A DNA stretch of 64,000 bases, taken from positions 1,426,001 through 1,490,000 of the forward strand of contig NW_019028981.1 of the NCBI RefSeq assembly GCF_002105155.1. The letters run 5' to 3'. The translations under genes were made by a program, and so were the position numbers. Each line of letters begins with the position of its first letter. The first letter of the stretch is position 1. This DNA is from Lobosporangium transversale (lineage: Eukaryota). Below the pieces are notes generated by a model, which did no database searches, had not been told where the DNA came from, and was given only the letters and a program-made list of their open reading frames with translations. Of this stretch, positions 41,416 through 54,754 are shown piece after piece.

Positions 41416-42422
41416 TTAAACAGGAAGAAGGTTTCCAGCCATGCGTGATCCTAGTCGAATGGATCCTGATGAGAAGGGAGAGTATGAAGTAAAGTAGTAG
41501 AGTAATGCAAGAATCTCAATCACCGTCCCGATGATAGTCAGAATATAGCTGTTTAACTATTTGGAGATGGAACAGAAAACATATTATAAAGTGTCAATCG
41601 TTGATCATATTCTATGAATACGCCAATAACGGATATACAAGGACAGACAAAAAAAAAAAAAAGTCGGTTGTGCCGTGGTCCTACCACAAGACTGGAATAC
41701 AATACAAAGATCATCGATCCGACATATGCGCCGGTGAAGGGCAGTCTTTCTCTGGAAATCAATGCCTTGAAATGTGTCGCAGGTCCTTTCAAGAGTGCGA
41801 AACTATGAATAAGGCCCCATAAAAAACACGTCATCAGTACAATCTTATTGGATCAAATAAATTAAGGAAAAGAACAATAGAGATGACCTACCTGCACATG
41901 AGAAGAATACTTCCTAGTGTGAAGCTGGTTGCAAATTTGCTTGGCTTGAGAAGAAGCAAGGGCAGACCTACAAAGAATGCAATCATGAAACATGCCACTC
42001 CACCTGCTACACAGATCGCAAATCCTGCCATGCGCTACAGGTACAATTAGTAAGAAAAAAAAAAAAGAGATTCAAGTCAATTTATAAACAACTCTCTAGT
42101 CCTTTGATGATTTAAAAAGCAAGCTTGCGTGTAATTATCATTGGAATTAAATGGTGGGCAAGCACATCAATAGATCCTCTTATCTTATTACCTGGAACCA
42201 TGACAGGCCCAGCCAATCTTCCTCTTGTTGTGGTGTCCCTCCTAGAGAAACAGGGACATATCCCGAAACTTGGTTCCTAACGCCTCCAAACCAGTCCGAT
42301 GCTCTGCTTAATGCACCACCACCACTGCCGCTGGATGCACTATTATCTGCTGCAGCAACTCCTCCTCGAGCTCCAAAGTTTTTGAATGCATTTCTGAAAT
42401 TGGATTCTGCGTTACTAGACAT
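41416..42422 (-). CDS. SFT2: SFT2/Got1-family vesicle transport protein (4 exons)
   Basis: LSWFQ|RMAGFAIC..KPSKFATSFTLGS..SFALLKGP..HFK.LISRERLPFT..YV..LLYFTSYFP. Confidence 0.88.
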
Positions 42423-43932
42423 GACTTGCGTAGGTCTTTATTATGTAAGAATCAGTATCAAAAGTATTGGCTTTGTTATTATTGTTATTCCTTGGCGTTT
42501 GTAGTCCCCGTCCTTGTGCTTTAAGCTCTGAGTTTTTTATTTTTTTTTTGGTATAAACTTAAAAAGAATGAGGCAACATGAAAGGAAAGAAAAGAAAGAT
42601 GGTGATGTCAATGCGTGTCAATGACAATGTAAACGCATTTTCATCACGTGGAATTTGACACTCTCTGTCTTGGCATTTTGACATGTACAGCAATCTACAA
42701 TATAAATGTACATGATATTGGTACCCAGTTTCTATTGAGTGCTGGGCTCAATAGATTTGCTTAAAAGAACGATTGGAAGCGTTGTGAGAGCCTTCAAGCT
42801 CAGGCACATGAACATACTCTTGTGCTCTCTAAGCTCTTCCGCAAAAGGAAAATATGATCCAGCTCGCGACCAGAAAGGGCTAGCTGGCTCAAGTACGCAA
42901 TTGTAGAACGGACACAAATTATAGATTGATCAGATAGAGAATTAGGTAGGATATACCCGGGCGTTTTGATGTTCAGGGCTATACCTACAAAAACCGCTCA
43001 TTGTTTTTAGCAGCAGTAGTATGTTAATTATTAGGACCAAGGATGCCACACAATCATATATACATCCCTGCCCTCGAATGCTGTCAGTGCGTGATGTGGA
43101 GCATTCAAATATAAAACTGATCACCTGATTTTATTGATAGGAAGTCGAAGCAGAAGCCTAGAGTCGCTTAAAGAGTAATTCTCACTATAGCATTGCTGTA
43201 ATGATACGATGGGGATCATAGACGGATCTAACACATCTAGAGCGCTTTGTAAAGAAACCATCTGCTTTGTAGCCACTGTTTTTTAGAATATTGCGTAGGC
43301 TAATTTTTCCTTGCTATTAGCATTATGTGGTATTATAGTTAACGCCGGTTTGGGCCAGATGGACGGAAGTAGCTCGGTCTTGCTTTCTTTCTCTAATGTG
43401 CCCCTCATCATCCATCCACCACCACTACTCTAAGATTTGGGGGCAATTGCGTTCGAATGTGGCATATAATCAAAGGGAATGGTAGGCCAATGTTAATATC
43501 ACTTGAAGCCGAGCATAAAACAGACAGTTCCCCATGTGGAAAATGTGTCTTCTGCGCGTTTGATGTAAGGAATGCAGAAACCATTAAAGATGAGACAAAG
43601 ATGAGAACTTCGCAATACAAATCAAATGATGAAGCCGCCGCAAACCATGTTCTAGAATTTCAATCCCTGCAACTAGTGGGCCGTCATACAATCAACTTTG
43701 AGGCTATAGAGCGGATAGCTGGCTGTGAAGACGATAATAGGGGCAATGAAGTAGTGCCGCCTTTTTTTTTTTTTTTTTTAATTTTTTGTTGTCATTTATA
43801 CTACCCATACTGCCTCACTCCTTTGTTGCTTGTGAGCGTTTGGTGGCCGCGCTTTAACGGGAGTAGAGACGATCATCTATCAATGTCCCAATAATATCTT
43901 TTGGGTATAATAAAGTAAATTGAAATGTTGGT

Positions 43933-43941
43933 GGCGCGAAA
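43933..43941. promoter_or_regulatory. Candidate E2F/SCB-type site GGCGCGAAA upstream of the AlkB-GRF gene
   Basis: Reverse complement TTTCGCGCC matches the E2F consensus and contains CGCGAAA. It lies about 130 bp before the ATG in a CG-rich patch. Confidence 0.35.
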
Positions 43942-44072
43942 CGCCGCCGCGTTTGTCTGTTCAACCTTAATTTAGTGGCGTGCGCCTTCAATTAGACAGT
44001 CTCTCCTCTGTTACTGTGTTCATTCTCCTCTTTATTCTCATTCAAATCCCATTTTCCTTTTTTCTTTTTGTC

Positions 44073-45630
44073 ATGGCATGCAACACTAGCGATTCTGGTT
44101 CCACAAGTTGCAATGGCGGCGTTGATAATAATAATGGCCGTGACTTCAAAATAGCCATGCTCTTTTCCATATTCGAGTCTACACCTGAACATATTCTGCA
44201 CAGAGCGTTGGCAGACGCTAACAATGACCTCGAGCAGGCTATCTTAATCCTCAGCAGTAATAGTAACAGCCATGATTGCATCGATGGTTCTTGCTCTCCC
44301 TCCTCATCCCCATCCTCTGCCTTGCCTGTAGAGAACGACCTTGTCAATGTCGCACATGCCAGTAATAATAGTAACAATAGTGGTAGTAGTCATACTTTTA
44401 GTAGAAGCAGCAGCAAGGATGTCCTACCCCCCAAGAATAAGAAACAAAAACTGATCCAGCCGCGGTTATCGACTTTTCTCCCATCCAATGGGCCTACTTT
44501 ACTCTTCCGTTCAGAACCTAAGGACTTGACTGATCAGAAGAGCTCCGACGCTAACAATATGCCTCTTACGTCCATTAACGATCGCCTACGCTGGAAAGAA
44601 AAACCATATGATCCAACGTCGCCTTCTCCCCCTTCAGCCACGAACTCTTCTACAATGCTTTCTTCCTCTTCTTCCTCCTCCTCCGGTCCTTCTACTCGGA
44701 AGTCAGCTCCGAAACCTCTAATTTTATATAGTCCTGAAGATGTTGAACGACATTGTCCTTGTACTTTGGTTTTTAACGTCCTGTCTAAAGACCTGGCTAC
44801 GCGGCTATTACAGGCTATGTTAATTGATTCTGAAACTTGGGATCGAAATCGATGGTGGTTCTTCGAACGGATGGTGGAATCGCCCCACAAGAGATCTTAT
44901 TTTGCAGAACACGATGATGATATGGAGGAAATCGCTGGTTGGACGTATAATGGGCAGAAACAGGAGCCACCCCGGCGGTTCCTGAAGGAGATGGAGGAAG
45001 CCAAGCTGGTGATCCGCAAGATAGTAAATGACCTACGTAAGACTAGGGCAATGTAAGTGAAAAAAGATTAAGCTTGTTGCTCAATAATATATAAGTGTTT
45101 TTTTTTTTTTTTTTTTTTTTCCCTTATTTCTTATTTGTTTTTTAACTCTTTCAGACACCCTTATGAAGTCCAGGGGGATTGGAACTGCAATGTTGCTGCG
45201 GCCAATTATTATGCACATTCCAAAGAATCTGTAGGCTGGCATGCCGACAAGCTTACTTACTTGGGTCCACGTCCAACGATTGGCTCTTTGACCCTGGGAG
45301 CAACCCGATTCTTTCGGGTCCGTAAGATGGTGCCAGACGTCAGGAATCCTGATACAGCAGGTCAATTAATCAGCATCGCATTGCCTCACAATAGTCTCTG
45401 TATTATGTGGCCACCCATGGTAATCAGAAATAAAGAAGGAATAGAAGGAAAAAGTTTTTTTTTTTTTGAATTATTCATTCATCCTATCATTCCTCTTACC
45501 CTCCATAGCAAGAAGAATGGAAGCATGAAGTCCCACCGCAAGCGAGAGTGACACCTCACCCTATTAGGTACAGGTTTACTGCTTTACTGAGATGGTTACT
45601 TGTTGAAAAAAAAAGATATAAAATTCATCC

Positions 45631-45664
<34 letters not shown>

Positions 45665-46278
45665 TTAGTGGAACAGCGCGTATTAATATTACGTTCCGTC
45701 TTCGTCGAGAAGGATTCTCGCCTGCAGACACACCAGTCTGCAAATGTGGGATAGCGATGGTGTTGAGATGCGTGTTCAAGAACAAGGCCAACTATGGTCG
45801 GTATTTTTACATGTGCTATGCATCAGGATCTCAAGAAGGCCGAACCTGCGGAGCGTTTCAATGGGTTGATATGGAAGAAAAACTTGGACTTGTCAAAAAA
45901 TACAGCACGTCTCTTTCGAATTCATCCAGTCCATCCAGTCCATCCAGCCTTCCTTGCCTGCCCAGCCCATCAAACACATGTACATCAATAACACCACCAT
46001 CAACATCAATATCATCTACAACAGCTTCTACAACAGTAGCAGTAACAGTAGAAACCACACTCGAGTCAGCAGGAAAGCCTGAGGCTGTTAACTCAAATGA
46101 AAAGAAACTTTCAATGTCTCAACCAGCTATTTGTGATATGTCCAAAGTAAAAGACCAAATTGAAGACAAAGAACAAGATCAAGCCCTCGATCTGGCAAAC
46201 GAACTAGACGACGCAGATTTAGTGGACTTGGCAGACCTATCATTCGAGGGGATCAGTGAAAGCGATTTTGCCGAATAA
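44073..46278 (+). CDS. AlkB-family 2OG-Fe(II) dioxygenase with N-terminal CUE-like domain and C-terminal GRF zinc finger
   Basis: KIAMLFSIF..LADANNDLEQAI (CUE-like); NYY..SVGWHADK..IGSLTLGA.R.F..WKHEV..RINITFR (AlkB); CKCG..LR..NYGRYFYMC..C.AFQW (GRF). Confidence 0.85.
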
Positions 46279-46576
46279 AAAAGATCTTCTAATCGCTAAG
46301 TATGTCGAGTGGCTCAAAGCTTTTGGATTATTTTCGTTAAATGTTCCTCTTTTACTATTATAAAAGTCCTATCCGAAGAGTGATCATTACCAGCAACATT
46401 CAGCATCCACATACAAAAGCAAACAAAAAAATAAAATAAGATAAAAAATAATAATAATATAATGTGTGCATGATATGATACTGCGGGCTTGCTATTGACT
46501 GTAGCTAATGAATTGGTAATTGTCGGATTATCGCTTCTCTCAATCTCTTGTCCTTTTTTTTCTTTTTTTTTTATCA

Positions 46577-48765
46577 CTAAGCTGAGGCTTGCGCCTGAGC
46601 TTGAGTCTCCTGTCTGAACTGAGCCATGCGTGCCTCCAGCTCGGGACGGAAGTGACGGATCAAGCCCTGGACAGGCCAGGCAGCGGCATCTCCCAATGCA
46701 CAGATTGTATGTCCTTCAATCTCACGCGACAACTCCTCAATCATATCAATTTCTCTAGGTCTAGCCAAACCAGCCTCAAACCGTGTCATCATATTGGCCA
46801 ACCACGATGTTCCTTCACGGCAGGGAGTGCACTGTCCACAGGACTCGTGTTTATAAAAAGCAGAAAGCCTTGAGATGGCCTGGACAATATCAGTCGACTT
46901 ATCCATGACAATGACGGCTGCAGTTCCTAATCCAGACTGAACATCACGCAAAGCATCGAAATCCATCAAGACATCGTCGCAAATTTCACGAGGAAGAACA
47001 GGGACTGAGGAGCCTCCAGGAATGATGCCCAACAAGTTATCCCATCCTCCCTTGACACCTCCACAGTGCCTGTCGATCAGCTCCTTAAGTGGGATCGACA
47101 TTTCTTCCTCAACTGTGCAAGGGTTGTTGACATGTCCTGAGATACAGAAAAGTTTGGTGCCAGAGTTACGAGGGCGACCGAATCCTGCAAACCATTTACC
47201 TCCGCGTCTCAAGATGGTGGGGGCGACAGCAACAGTTTCGACATTGGCAACGGTAGTGGGGCAGCCAAACAAACCGACATCGGCAGGAAATGGAGGCTTC
47301 AGACGAGGCTTACCAGCCTTACCCTCGATTGATTCAATCAATGCGGTCTCCTCTCCACAAATGTAAGCTCCTCCGCCACGGTGGATATAGATGTCAAAGT
47401 CGTATCCAGATCCGCAGGCGTTCTTTCCAATGAGACCGTTCTTGTAAGCTTCATCAATAGCAATCTGGAGATTAGATGCCTCGTTGTAGAACTCTCCACG
47501 AATATAAATGTAGGCTTTTTTTTTATTTTTTTATTTTTTTTATTTTTTTATAAAAAAGGTAAAGATTTTAGTAAGCATAAAATTGTGATTCACTTCAAAT
47601 CGAAACGAGTTAGTGAAGTGTTAAGCTTGAAAACATCGAAAACAAAAATAAGAAAAATTTATTTACCAGCATTAGCATTCATAGCACGGCCAGCAACCAA
47701 GCATCCCTCAACCAATTTATGGGGATCACCGCGCATGATCTCGCGATCCTTGCAGGTACCGGGTTCTCCCTCGTCAGCGTTCACGACCAAGTAGCGAGGA
47801 CTAGAGTGATCCATTGTTGATAAAAAACGAGAAAAAAGAAAGGTATTGTGTTAGTTCCACAGCTTTCTTCTTGTGGAAAACTTTGTCTCCAACGTACGCA
47901 CCCTGTTTCCTGCATTATTTTCCTCAGTATGGTTTTTTGTCGATCTGATCAACCAGCCACGACAGTACAACAGTATAGCAAGGGGAGTAGAGTAAGCAGA
48001 GATAAAGTTATAAAAAAAGGACTTACCGGCCATCCGAGGGCTTGTTCATGAAGCTCCATTTGAGTCCAGATGGGAAACCGGCGCCTCCACGTCCACGAAG
48101 ACCAGATTCCTTCATCTCGTTCAAGATCCAATCGTGACCTTTCAACAAGATTTCCTTGGTCTTGTACCAGTCACCACGCTTCAATGCGCCCTTGAGCCTA
48201 AAGTCGTGACGGCTATAGATGTTTGTGAAAATACGGTCCTCATCTGAAAGGTTACCGAAGGTTGTACGAGCAGGAGGGATCGCAGGGTTGACAGGGGCTG
48301 CAGTAGCGAATGCTCGGATCGCAGTCTTTGCAGCTAAAGAAGAAGAGCGTGTGCTGGTCAAAAGGGCTATATAAAAATATATCATATAATAGAGTCGTAA
48401 TTAGAAGCTTGTATAGTCATTAGGAAAAAAAAAAAGTATTCACTGAACTATATTCCGAAATCCATATATTCTGGTTGATCCAAGATTCAACAAAAGATTG
48501 CAGACACATAGATTGCAAATGAATTTCTGAAATATGTGAAGATAGGAATATTGTATACAGGTGTATGTGTTATAACTATTGCTACAATCCTGCGCAGCAT
48601 TGTAAAGTTGGATCCGGAATAGATTTCCGAGATATTTTTGAAATCTGTGGAGCGTTTCGAAGTATTCCCAGGTGGGTCATGATAGTTATGAACAAAGATG
48701 ATGGAGGGTCTTTTTTTTTTTTTTCTTCTTCCCAATTTACCCTTTGTTGATTGCAACATGGCCAT
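46577..48765 (-). CDS. NDUFV1: NADH:ubiquinone oxidoreductase 51-kDa flavoprotein subunit
   Basis: [67 protein letters not shown]. Confidence 0.97.
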
Positions 48766-50703
48766 GATGGATGTGATTGTCAATGAGCTTGTGTTTAAGA
48801 GAGTAAAAGAAGTGGAGAGGTTTGATGTAAATGTCGGATCGGACAGAAATGTCCGAGCTGTACTGAAGAGTGCACGTGATGTCGACGTCACTATAGAACC
48901 CTTAATAAAGGCCCATACAGACGCGTCGCGCGACCAATTTGGTATAGGATCTGTTGTATTGCAGGTATTTACTTCAAGGGTATTTAATGATAACAACGCT
49001 CTCCATGTCTCTCCACTTTGCAGCCCTTTATTTTGTTTTTGGGGTTTTTTGAGGCAGATGTCATGTGTATATTAATGTTCTAAAGTTGGCTTTTTTTTTA
49101 TACCAGTCCGACAAAGCAGAGAGGTGACGGTATGTCGCTTTTGAGTGTAACATTGATCTTGTCATGGATGGACCCTTCCCAAACATTTATCTGTTCAGCA
49201 CGGACGGATGATGACAACTTTAGTAGATCTGTGCTATAGGGAATAAAAGAGAAGTAAAACTGGGAAAATACAAACGAAAGAATCCCTTCCCATGTTGTTG
49301 CTATTTATTGTTGTGCATCTGCAGGACTATGCACAGTCATATTCGCCTCCTTGTGTTACAGCTGATCATTTCATGACCAAGAAACAGGGGACTGGACGAT
49401 GTCCCCGCTGCAGTATATGCAAACTTTTCTAGACTAAAGAAAATGTTCATTCCTCTCTTCCCAGCGCTGTTTGTATCATGTTCTGTCCTGCTGAGTTTTT
49501 CTTTTTTTACTTTTCTTGCTGAAATGTATGCACAGAATGCACAGAGAATTATATTTTTGCACAATGCATTACTTTTCTGTTTCCTTTCCGCTGTTGATCC
49601 AAGAGTAAGGATTGGAGCACAAGGATTGGCAACAGGACGAATTGTGTGGAATTGACTGGGTAGGCCAGCGGGAAGAATAAAGAAGAAACCATCCGTAGAC
49701 ATGCATCCAACATGAGACACCTAAATAGTATGAAATGTATACCTAGAAATGATGATGCCGATGACGAAGAAGATTACTTTTGTCCTTTTTTTCCCGAGAA
49801 GAGTTGCTATCATATGGCTAGTTCTCCCTTATCGATGCAGGACAAAAGCCATGTATTTTAATTCGTTTTCAGCTGTGCGATGTAAGATACTGGAGTAGGG
49901 GCTACTATCTTATGCGGGCAGGATGTTGTAGTCATGTTAGTTCTAGTTGAGCTTGAACTAAATCGCTGTAAAACAGTAAATCGGTCAATCAGATTATGGT
50001 GACCACAAAGACCCCTTTATTTCGCTCTCTCTCTTTTTCTTTCTTCCTTTCCTTTCATTTTTTTATTCCTTCATTCCATCAGTTTCCACATTCACAACAA
50101 CAAAACTCTTCTTTATACCACCCACTCATATACACACTTGCATCTTGAATACACTTTTCTTTATTTTTTATTTTATTTTATTTTCCCTTTTACTCAAAGC
50201 AACTATTCGATTTTTTTCTTCTTTTTCTTTGATATTTGTTGGGTAGGATATTAATATCAAGCTTCTACTTCCCTTACATCAAACGGCTATTCATAACAAG
50301 GCTCGGCTCGACTTGTCCTTGAGATCTCCTCTCTATTCACTCTCTCACTCACTCAATCAATTAATCACTTACTCACTCACACACTCTTTTGTACACTTTT
50401 ACACACACTCCTTCTTTTGTGTCGAGTACTTAGTCAGTTTCTGTCTGGACTCTTTGTAAACAAAAAGAATAGTAACAGCATTCAATTACAGGAGTATCCA
50501 CTCCTTCCCTTTCTTCCTTGTTATTCTTTTCCAAGAGTTGGTCATGGCAATGGCATGAATTGAATAAAAGAAATCACCGCTCTTATTCATAACTTCAGTT
50601 GAATTCAGAACGACCTCTTTACACTCATCATTCTCGTACAATCCTATTGTCTCTGTTGTTTATTATTTATTTCTGTCAACCCCACCATACCGTCGCGGTA
50701 TTG

Positions 50704-50735
<32 letters not shown>

Positions 50736-50867
50736 TTTGTTCAATCAGCTAATTTTTTATTCAATTGCCTTCATAATTATCTATATCAGCTCTTTCCTTT
50801 CTTCCTTTGAAAAAAGTCTGGCCTCCCTTTTCCTTCTTTTAACGAGCGTTTAATATCTACAGCAGCC

Positions 50868-53798
50868 ATGGCACAAGAACCACCAAGGTAATTTACTTAC
50901 TAAACCTTCCATAGATCGATAGGTAGACCAGAATGGTCTTATTCATAACAAGGAACAACATGAAGGTTCGATTCTTCTTCGGCTATTTCTTTTGTACACG
51001 TGGAATATACCCGAGTCCCACATTTCAACTATTGCAACCACAACTCCAACAGAATTTGAGAGCCAGGCGAAATACAACCAAACAAATACAATGCTCATCA
51101 GGATTCTGGTATCAAAAAAAAAAAAAAAAAAAAAAAAGACTAAAACAAGAGATAAAATAAGGCGAACAAGGAAACTGTGAGAAACAAAAGAAGACAGAAT
51201 GATTCAAGAGAGATAATAAAAACTTCTTGATCATTAATGCTCAGAAAGGGTTCGACAATGAATGGACCAAAGACTCTTACCTACTCACAATCTCGCAGTA
51301 GCATGGAAAGGAAAAATAGACTGTGGACAAGGTCGACATTGCAGAGAGTCTTTTGCTCATGCCGTAAAAAAAAAAAAAAAAAAGTTATCAAGAGCAATAC
51401 TTTACTTGGACTATACAGGGCTTGTTACATTCGTGCACAGTAATTAAGGATGGCTTTTTACTAACCAAGACGTTCTTTCCTGGCTCTCTTTGTCCTCTTA
51501 TTTCTGTTCTCTCTCTCTTGAATCATTCCCACTGATTACGCCCGAACCCCTTTCTTGTTTTGCTTTTCGGTGTGCTTTGACCATACGCTCGGCCTCATCA
51601 ACTGCACCATTGTTGTTCCTTCCTGGTTGACTACAAAAATTTATTCCAATCTCTTCTTGATTTTGCCTTTTGTGTCACTTGGGCCGGTTAATTATCTTGA
51701 CTCACCTTATACGACCCTCGACTTGATTGACTACCTTCCATAGTTTCGATAACATCAATGATGAATTGGAATATTACAAGAGACATGCCGAGGACTTGGA
51801 ATTGGATTTAGCAGATACAAAATATGCTTTGGAGGAATTTCAGCTCTCTTCAAAAGAGCTGGAAGAAGAGCTCGAAAAGGAGATTGATGCGACCGAGCGA
51901 AGATACAATGATATCAAGATTCGCAACGAGTTTGTGAGACAAGAGGCCGATGAATGGAAGGTAATTGAATGTCTTAGGTCGAAAATTATAGCATACCACA
52001 CTGGTGTCTAAGGTTCTGCAAATGAGTGACTACGGCCTGCAACTGCAACCGCAGCCGTAACACCGAGATTCAGAAACAGACAATAACAAAGGCGGCTTCA
52101 ATAATCGACTTTCAAACAAAATGAAGCCCTGGGGAGGAAAAAAATGATATCATACCATTTATTCATGCGGAACTGAATTGCACATGACAGTGGTATCTTT
52201 TACCCAGGTGACTCACACAGCTTTCAATATTTGTTTTCCCATGCTTGTTAATGCAGGAAAAATACCATCAGGCCTTAAAGGATTCGAACGCAAACATTAA
52301 TCGTATGACACGTGAGCTCGAAACTCTTAGACAGCAGACAGAGATGTTCATTAAAAAAGAACGGGAACTAGAGCAGAATAACGACGACCTAGAACGCACT
52401 GGAAGGTAATTGATGCTTTTCCACTTCTCTCTTTATCCCTGGCCACGAAGCACTCGGCACTGTACTTTCTTTGGTTTCGGATGTTATGTCAGCGGTCAAA
52501 ATTTCATGGGTCAGTCCATAAGTCCTTGCATTGTGTGCGTGCGCCCACGTTTAGGATTACTAGAGGCACGGGCGAGGCATGCGTTGTACAATATGACGCC
52601 AGGCTCATCCTTTATTAGCTTGGTCAAACCATCCACATTTCCGACCGCTGACATCTGATTGTGCTTAATTTCGTGCAATGACACGCGCTTTTTAAAAAAA
52701 GGGTGAAAAGAGTAAGGGTGCTTTATTTTATTAACTATATTATTTATTCTTACGATAATGTATTTTTATTATTAGAGCTACACAATGGTCACTACAAGAG
52801 ATGGAAAGAAAGTATAACGTGGCACTGGAAAAGCAAGTGATGCTCGAAAACGAGGTGGCTGCCAAAGCTGCTTTGACAGAAGAAGTGCAACGGCTTAAGG
52901 ATGAACTGAGAGGTAATGCCACGTAGCCAAAGTTTAATTTCCTCTAAAGAAACTATGCATCTCCAAGTGGTCTTTTATTTATATATTTTTATTCGATGTC
53001 TTCTATAGATGCAAATGAAGAACTTGCAATTATGAAATCGAACCAGGCACCCCTACACTCACCAACCGGTAGTGTGAGCTCACTTAGTGGAAGCACATCC
53101 TCGCTGGCCAATGCACCTGATCATGAGAAGCAACAGCAACGCAAGTCATCTGTCATTGGAAGCAATGAAGCTATGCCCGCTCTCCGTGCAAGGTTGGCAA
53201 AGAGCGCAGCAGCCGCACAGCGGTCTGAAAGCAGAGTCCGTTCAGAAAGCAGGGTGCGTACGGAGGGTATGCGTGCAGAGAGCAGAGTGCGTGCGGAGAG
53301 CAGAGTGCGTGCAGAAAGCAGAGTGCGTCCAGCATTAGGAGGAAGGGAAGGACCAGGGGCAGGGGCAGGGTTGTCCCCTCCTTACCAAAATCCTGTCGAG
53401 ATGGTTAAAGAAATGGTCGGACGCGTCAAGGTATGGAATAACTGTTCATCGCTTAATTTGATATGTTCTATTTCGTATGATCTTTGAGAGAGAGGAAGAG
53501 CCAAACTAACTTTTTGACATTGTCGTATTCAACTCAATGTGTTCAATAGTCATTGGAGGCTCGTTTGGTCAATTGTCGATCACTTGTCACACCATTACTT
53601 CAACCTCCTCCCTCATACTCGACTGCCAACGCAACGATGTCGTCTCCTCGATCCTCTTCACATTCTGGTCAAGCAGGATCCCGGTCTAGTTCACCAAACA
53701 AAGTGCCTTTGGTTAGTCCTACAAGCAAAGGCGGACGACGTACTTCTTTGATGCACCAATCTCAACAACATCGTCCCTTGAGCGGTTCTGCATATTAA
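50868..53798 (+). CDS. nudE: NudE/NDEL1 dynein regulator; introns 50888-51743, 51961-52256, 52406-52775 and two more
   Basis: ELEYYK..LEEFQLSSKELEEELEKEI..ADEWK, RELEQNNDDLER, VQRLKDELRD, MVGRVK|SLEARL..CRSL. Confidence 0.9.
53221..53328 (+). repeat. 18-bp coding tandem repeat (RAESRV-like, about 6 units) in NudE
   Basis: RSESRV RSESRV RTEGM RAESRV RAESRV RAESRV; DNA unit approximately CGTGCAGAAAGCAGAGTG. Confidence 0.85.
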
Positions 53799-53859
53799 GA
53801 AGCGCTGTTGACCTAGAAGCTGAAAATAAGACAATGGCCATTCACGCGAACTGGCTTTG

Positions 53860-53893
<34 letters not shown>

Positions 53894-54754
53894 CCTGGTT
53901 TTCCTGAAAAGTTTGGGTTGTGCGTTTTTTACACGACACATATCAATACCCCGTGTAAGAATCTTTCAACCAACCAACTTTTAGGAAGAAGGAAAAAAAA
54001 GGATCCGTGCATACCATTTTTCTTTTTGCATCTTTAATTTCATATGTCCATTAGTCCTTTTCTTTTTATCCGTAAATCGCAATGCCAATCCTGCACAGCA
54101 CCAACACTTATTTTCTTTTTATTTCCTGCTTATCTTTGAGAGACAAAGCAGAGATATAAGGAAAGAGAAACATCATCCGTCTTTTGTAACTGATTCATTT
54201 GTGCCGATAATGTCAAACCACGAAATGTACCCCTCACAGCACGACGCCATGACACTTGTCAATCAAAAAAAAATAGCAAAAAAAAAAAAAAAAAGAGAAA
54301 AATAATAAATAAACATTATATCTTTATTTATATTTATAAATATGCAATTTATTGTCATGTCACTACTCGAACATCTTATGCCAACGTGTTGTGCTACATC
54401 TTGTAAACAGCAGCTCTTTACGAATAGCTGGTAGATTATCTCAAACGAGCCTTCAATTGTAGACCAAGATCTGCTTTCATCGAGAGAAGGCAACCTTGGC
54501 TTGTTTACTCATGAACGTTGAAGCTAGTGGTGACTCTTTTTTGTACCTTTCCCTTTTAGCTAGGGCTGGTAGGATGTCGATTGATTGACTGTTGAGCTAG
54601 AAGTCGTGTGGGCAAAACTTGCTTAGATTCTAGATTTGGCAGTGCTTCCCTTAATCGAGTAATATACTATATCTTGATTGAATCCCGGTAATCCTAACAT
54701 TGGGATTTCAGGTAGCCTTAAGTGAGCGCGAGGAAATTGTTATTTAAAATCCTA

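Noticed and set aside
42700..43900. ORFs between SFT2 and the AlkB gene (e.g. 43457-43894)
   Set aside because: No domain resemblance or convincing splice structure.
52020..52130. SECIS, TPP riboswitch or hammerhead reading of the NudE intron hairpins
   Set aside because: The required core motifs are not present in the correct arrangement and there is no in-frame UGA gene.
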